From Lepidodermella squamata (lineage: Eukaryota; Animalia; Gastrotricha), in contig JBLDXI010000063.1 in assembly GCA_047495785.1 (NCBI GenBank), forward strand, positions 62,001 to 126,000: DNA of 64,000 nt. Direction: 5' to 3'. The notes beneath the pieces are model-generated. The model saw only the letters and a list, made by a program, of their open reading frames with translations. It made no database searches and was not told the DNA's origin. A program made the position numbers and the translations under genes. How positions within the stretch are numbered: position 1 is the first letter of the stretch; the number at the start of each line of letters is the position of its first letter. Positions 59,312 through 64,000 of this stretch are shown here, piece by piece.

Positions 59312-62300
59312 TCAAAAAGGCTGCTGCTGCTGCTCCTTTTCGTGCGCCGTGTTGAGCTCTTCGATCGAGGTGCGGCACAGGCTGGTCGAGAAGCCGATGG
59401 CGGTGGGCCGCGGGCAGTCGGAGCGGCGGCGCTGGCGCAGCGCCAGGTCCTTCTTGTGGAAGCCGCGCATCGGGCAGTCGTCGTCGAACTCGCTCTGCCG
59501 CTTCGACTTGGCCTCGCTCGTCTCGTCGTCGCTGTGGCTCGCGAACGAACTGCTCGTGTTCAGCGGCTCCGAGCGCGTCGCATCGCCCGGCGCCGACGAC
59601 GACGGCTTCGACGGCGATGCAACGACGACAGCCGGCGGTTGTTGACTGATCCTAACAAAGTTAGCAAAAACACATTAGCAAAGTATTAGAGTGGGAAATC
59701 AACTATAAGACCGAATCTTATGATCCATTCTTTCGACGGGATTGACCATTCGAATTCTGGTCGGGTCGCCCTTTCATCAATGTACCCTATAATAGATTAG
59801 CAACGGTTCCTTCCATCGTTTTATGAACTGAGAAATTGAAAATTTGTTCGCCATCGAAACCTGAGTTGAGTAATGAACTAGCTCTTAGCTGCGCAAAACC
59901 TCCTTGTTTTTCCTTTTCTCATATTTTTTCTTTGTTTCTCGACTCTCGACTACAGCGATTTCCGATATCGATTGTACGAATCGGTGATTTTCCCAGAGTC
60001 AGCGGTCAACATACAAATTATTCTATATCCAAAAGTAGCCATGTAGACTAAGAAACAGAAATTCAAAATTGCTTAAGAATTATCGATCAAAAAATTCGAA
60101 ATTTAGTCCTGGAACCCACATTCAAGAGTTGCAAATATTTCAATGAAAATCAAATTATTCTTAGTGAAACATTTGAACGGGCCAAAAACGAGCCAATTTA
60201 ATACTAACAATACAGGTAAACGCCCTGCTCAAACTCAGTTTTCCCTTCAATTTCAAAGATAGTAAGTCAAGCAAATACCCATTCCGAATGCTATCGGAAA
60301 TTTTTTAATATTTGAATTTGAAAATAATGAGATATAAATTTGTTTCTATCACCTCGAGGTTAATATCAAACGGAAAACTGACAAGACGGAGAATTTCGGT
60401 AATTTCTAACGTAATTCTAACCCTGAAAATGTGATCAACTTCAAAGCCCAGAGTGTCCAATTTTTTCCAGTCTCCAATTACATGAGCAACAACTCACTGA
60501 ATTTCCGACGCCGAGAGCGGGCAACTGTTGGTCAGCTGTTGCGACGCCGATGACTGCTGCACGAACTCGACCTCGCTCATGGTCTTGATGCGCCGCTGCA
60601 TGCGCCGCAGGTGGTCGCTGTAGCGCGGGTCCGCCTGCTTGACGTAGCCGCCGGGCGGCTCGCACAGCCGCGGCTTCGCCGTCCGGCCGCAGTACTGCAC
60701 GAAGGCCTTGTAGCCGCCGGCGAGGATGTACGCCTCGGGGTAGTCCAGCTGCGGGTAGTTCGCGATCGTGTGCGCGTTCCGGTCCTCCGTGCGGAACATG
60801 CGGTACGTGTTGGGCGCGCGGTGGCTGCTGAACTCGCAGTGGAACACGACGATCACGCGGCTGCCCGTCCGCGCCGCCCGCTCCTCGTCCGACGCCGCCT
60901 CGGGCCGCACCCAGGCCGCTGCCGGCCCATGCAGCGTCGCAGCCTCGGCCGAGCTGTCGTCGCTGCTGCTGCGGGTGAAAAACGCCGAGCGCAGCGTGTC
61001 GAAGAACGGGTACGGGAAGTTGAGGGCGCCGCGGATGTGCCCGCCCGAGAACTCGTACGGGAACCGGCAGTCGATGATGTACGCTCGCTCCACTTCGTTC
61101 GCGTAGTGACCTACAAATAATACAATTGTTAGGTACTCAATATTTCATCCAGTTTGCAAAGAATAATATTATATAAGTAGTAGAGAAATTCTCAGCTGAT
61201 TCCAAAAGGTAATTTGCATTCAAGATTGGCGAAATCAGAATGGCAAAGGCCGTTACTTCTTCAAACAAAACTTTCTACAGAATCGTCTCTGCGTAAACTT
61301 TGGTCATTATACTGCCGACTTCAATGCCAACTCCAACACACTGCTGATTGGATGCAAGTAATGCCATTTTTTGTTTCTTTTTTTTTAGCCGAACAACAAT
61401 TTCAATTACACAAAAGAATGAATGGAAGAAACGAGAAAAGGAACCTCCGTGAGTCATCCATCCGATGGAAGCTGGAGAGCCACATTAGGAATCTATTACG
61501 ATCAGGCCTTGTTATTATAACGATGCAGCAGATTACGACTTGGTTACTTTTTACCCAAGAGAAGAAGGGAAAATCCAAAATCTCATCCCAATCACAGGCC
61601 AATTTGCACACCGAGTAGAGTATTCAAAAATCTAGTCCGTAATAAATCCTCGACTATTACTCTATCATTTGCTGAACAGCATGGCTTTATGCGACTTGAA
61701 TCTACAACAACACGAATGCTCGAAAATGTTTGATTGGTCCTCCACACTGGAAAATTCTGATGTTGTTTATAAAGATTTCGCCAAAATATGATAGCATTCA
61801 ATGAAACGCAATGAAACGCAGCTGTACAAATTGAACAAGTATTGCATGTACCTTCAAGCAGTTTGGCGATTTCCTCGGACTCGACGAGCGGCACGCCGTC
61901 GCACAGCCGGCACGCGAGCAGAAACCGTTTCGAGCGGTCGCCAATCAGCAAGTTGCACGTGTCGTCGAAGACGGGCCGGTCGTCGCGGCTGTGGCTCGTC
62001 GCCGCCGCAAACGACTGGCGCCGCGGCGACGCAGAACTCGGCTTCTCGGCGAGCAGCTTCGACCGGTCGCACACCGGACTGTCGAAGTTGCAGGCCTGCT
62101 GGTGCTGGTGCTTGTCGAGCGCCACCATCGACCGGCTGTGCGGCAACTTCTTGCGCGCGGCCGGCACCACTTTCTGGCGGACGGGCGTTGTCGTCTCGGG
62201 CGCAGGCGACGAGTTTTCGCTCGACTTTTTCGTCGGGGTGATGGCGATTTCGGCGAGTTTCAGCGCCGGGTCGAAGGGGGTGGGGGCGCTGCCGGCGCGC

Positions 62301-64000
62301 AGCCGCGAGCTGAACGACGTCGGCGACAGCGACGCCTCGAGGATCGACTCGAGCGGCCCGGCCACGCCCTTGCTCTTCTTCAGCGAACTCGACTGGAAGT
62401 GGTCGTGGGCGACGCGTTTCATCGCCAGGCTTTTCGATCGCTCGCGTTGGTGCGGCTGATGGCTGTGGCTGTGATGATGATGGTGATGAGTCAGCAGGAG
62501 TTCACTAGGGTTGAGAATCGCCGGCGCTGCGTTGACGAGTTCGGCGAAGTGACTCGACGCGTTCGCGGCCGTGATTTCGCGGTCTCGGCTCAGAGTCGAC
62601 GGCGACCAGCAGTCGTTTTCGGACGACGACTCGCGACATCGAATTTGGACACAATAAGACGACGATAGTGAGGACGAGGAAGAGGAAGAGGATGAAAGAC
62701 GGGCGACTTCTGTCGATATACAACTACTAGACGCCTGCTGCCGTGACTGAGCCGGTTTTTCATGGTCAATCGGCTTTGTAAGGCTGATACTCGAACTGCT
62801 CAGCCTACAGACAGAAAATCAACAGAAGTCTTTTAGCAGGGGAAAACATGATGAGAAGGGATGAGGAATGGTTAAAATCCATGTATTTCAGATCATTGAG
62901 AAGTGACAAGCGATTTCGGCCCTTAGTCACACTCTTTTTTGTCCAGAGTCTCTCAGATGTAGAATAAATTTGTTGGGAGCATCGATAAGCTCGGATTTTT
63001 CTTGAGTAGAACATTAATAATTTCCATTTTAAATACACCGTACCCCATAAGTAACGCAAATAAGAGACGAAGTCACATCTAATAGCCAGAAAATTCAAAA
63101 TTTAGAAAAATTGAAAAAAAAATCACGAGAATAGCAATGAAGTATGTCGATTAATGGGATAAAGAAAGTCCGGAGAATTTTCTTCCGACCCGGTAAATAC
63201 CGAAAATTACCGAACCAGTTCTATCGGGGTTTTCCGGGTTTTCTCCCGTAAATTTTCTTCGTTTTAATTGCGGATGAAAGATGGAGTATTCTCACGGTAG
63301 GTTTAATTCACAAATTAATTAAATTTCCTTCAAAAAGTTGCCAAATTTCAACTAGTAGCGTAACTTCTGGGACACGATTTAGTACTATTTCGTCGCGTTG
63401 CGTTTGAAAGGGGCCGCTATGTTTTTATAATTGCTGCGATATAATAGAAAAACCGAATATGACCCAAAATTTACATCGTTATACTCTTCTCGAGATGATC
63501 TATCCAGTGATGCAGGTGGTATTAGCATGATTACTTTCGTGGTCATTCGAACCTTGATTTTATTCTAATGGTGTTTCGTTTGTATTTACACCAATTTACA
63601 ATTTTTCTATTATTGCTACTCTCGCAAACCGCTGCGCCCGCAATGGGAATTAGCTAGAAGTGCCGTTTATTATTTATCTGAGATGGCTCTCGATCAGCCG
63701 ATCATTATGGATAGATCATTTCGAGAGCGGCCCCTTTCAAACGCAACGCGACGATTTCGATACCATTTTTGATTCGAATAACCACATTATTAATTCCATA
63801 GGGAACTTGTTGTCATAGCGAACTTCAAATTTTGAAGTTTTTATTCAATTCTTAAATTAACGAGGACGTTGAATTTAATTATCAAATTGAACGGCGTAAC
63901 ATGGTAGGTGATAACTTACGAAGTCTGCTGCAACCTGCTGGCGAGTTCCGTCTGCGGAGAGAACATGGCGACTCGGTTGGACACGTCGACGAGGGGCGAC
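59312..64000 (-). CDS. CDC25: Cdc25 M-phase inducer phosphatase, 5'-truncated by the window edge. Exons 63920-64000+, 61852-62804, ~60497-61110, 59312-59651
   Basis: LIGDRSK; IIDCRFPYEFSGGHIRGA; FHCEFSSHRAP (HCX5R); YPQLDYPEAYILAGGYKAF. Confidence 0.93.
63391..63753. mobile_element. MITE with 28-bp perfect TIRs and 4-bp ATTT TSD; related terminal fragment at 56021-56093
   Basis: CGTCGCGTTGCGTTTGAAAGGGGCCGCT at both ends, inverted; ATTT on both flanks. Confidence 0.85.

Overview
Gene-dense eukaryotic (invertebrate animal-like) nuclear DNA with GT-AG introns, AT-rich introns and often very GC-rich exons. Left part (1-26.6 kb): USO1/p115, NDUFB3, a COMM-only COMMD protein, an ENTPD4/7-type apyrase (all minus strand, tightly packed), a P5B ATPase (ATP13A-type, with a duplicated N-terminal domain), LTO1/ORAOV1 and APLF. 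The main feature starts at 26.9 kb: a 3.49-kb repeat unit of 20 different tRNA genes covering 19 of the 20 amino acids (Ser twice, Met absent). It is followed by a partial tandem copy and by further segments of the same unit, in the same gene order, spread to 53.6 kb. Protein genes lie between these segments: a catalytically dead astacin-EGF-CUB-kringle gene, an intronless SDR, an intronless 2OG-Fe(II) oxygenase, ACADSB, ATP synthase subunit e and an EGF/C-type lectin gene. About 39 intact tRNA genes and 7 or more decayed ones were read by eye. Right end: two orphan membrane-protein genes and the 3' part of a Cdc25 phosphatase. Several MITEs are present. All calls come from manual reading and motif recall; no database searches were run, and exon boundaries are approximate.
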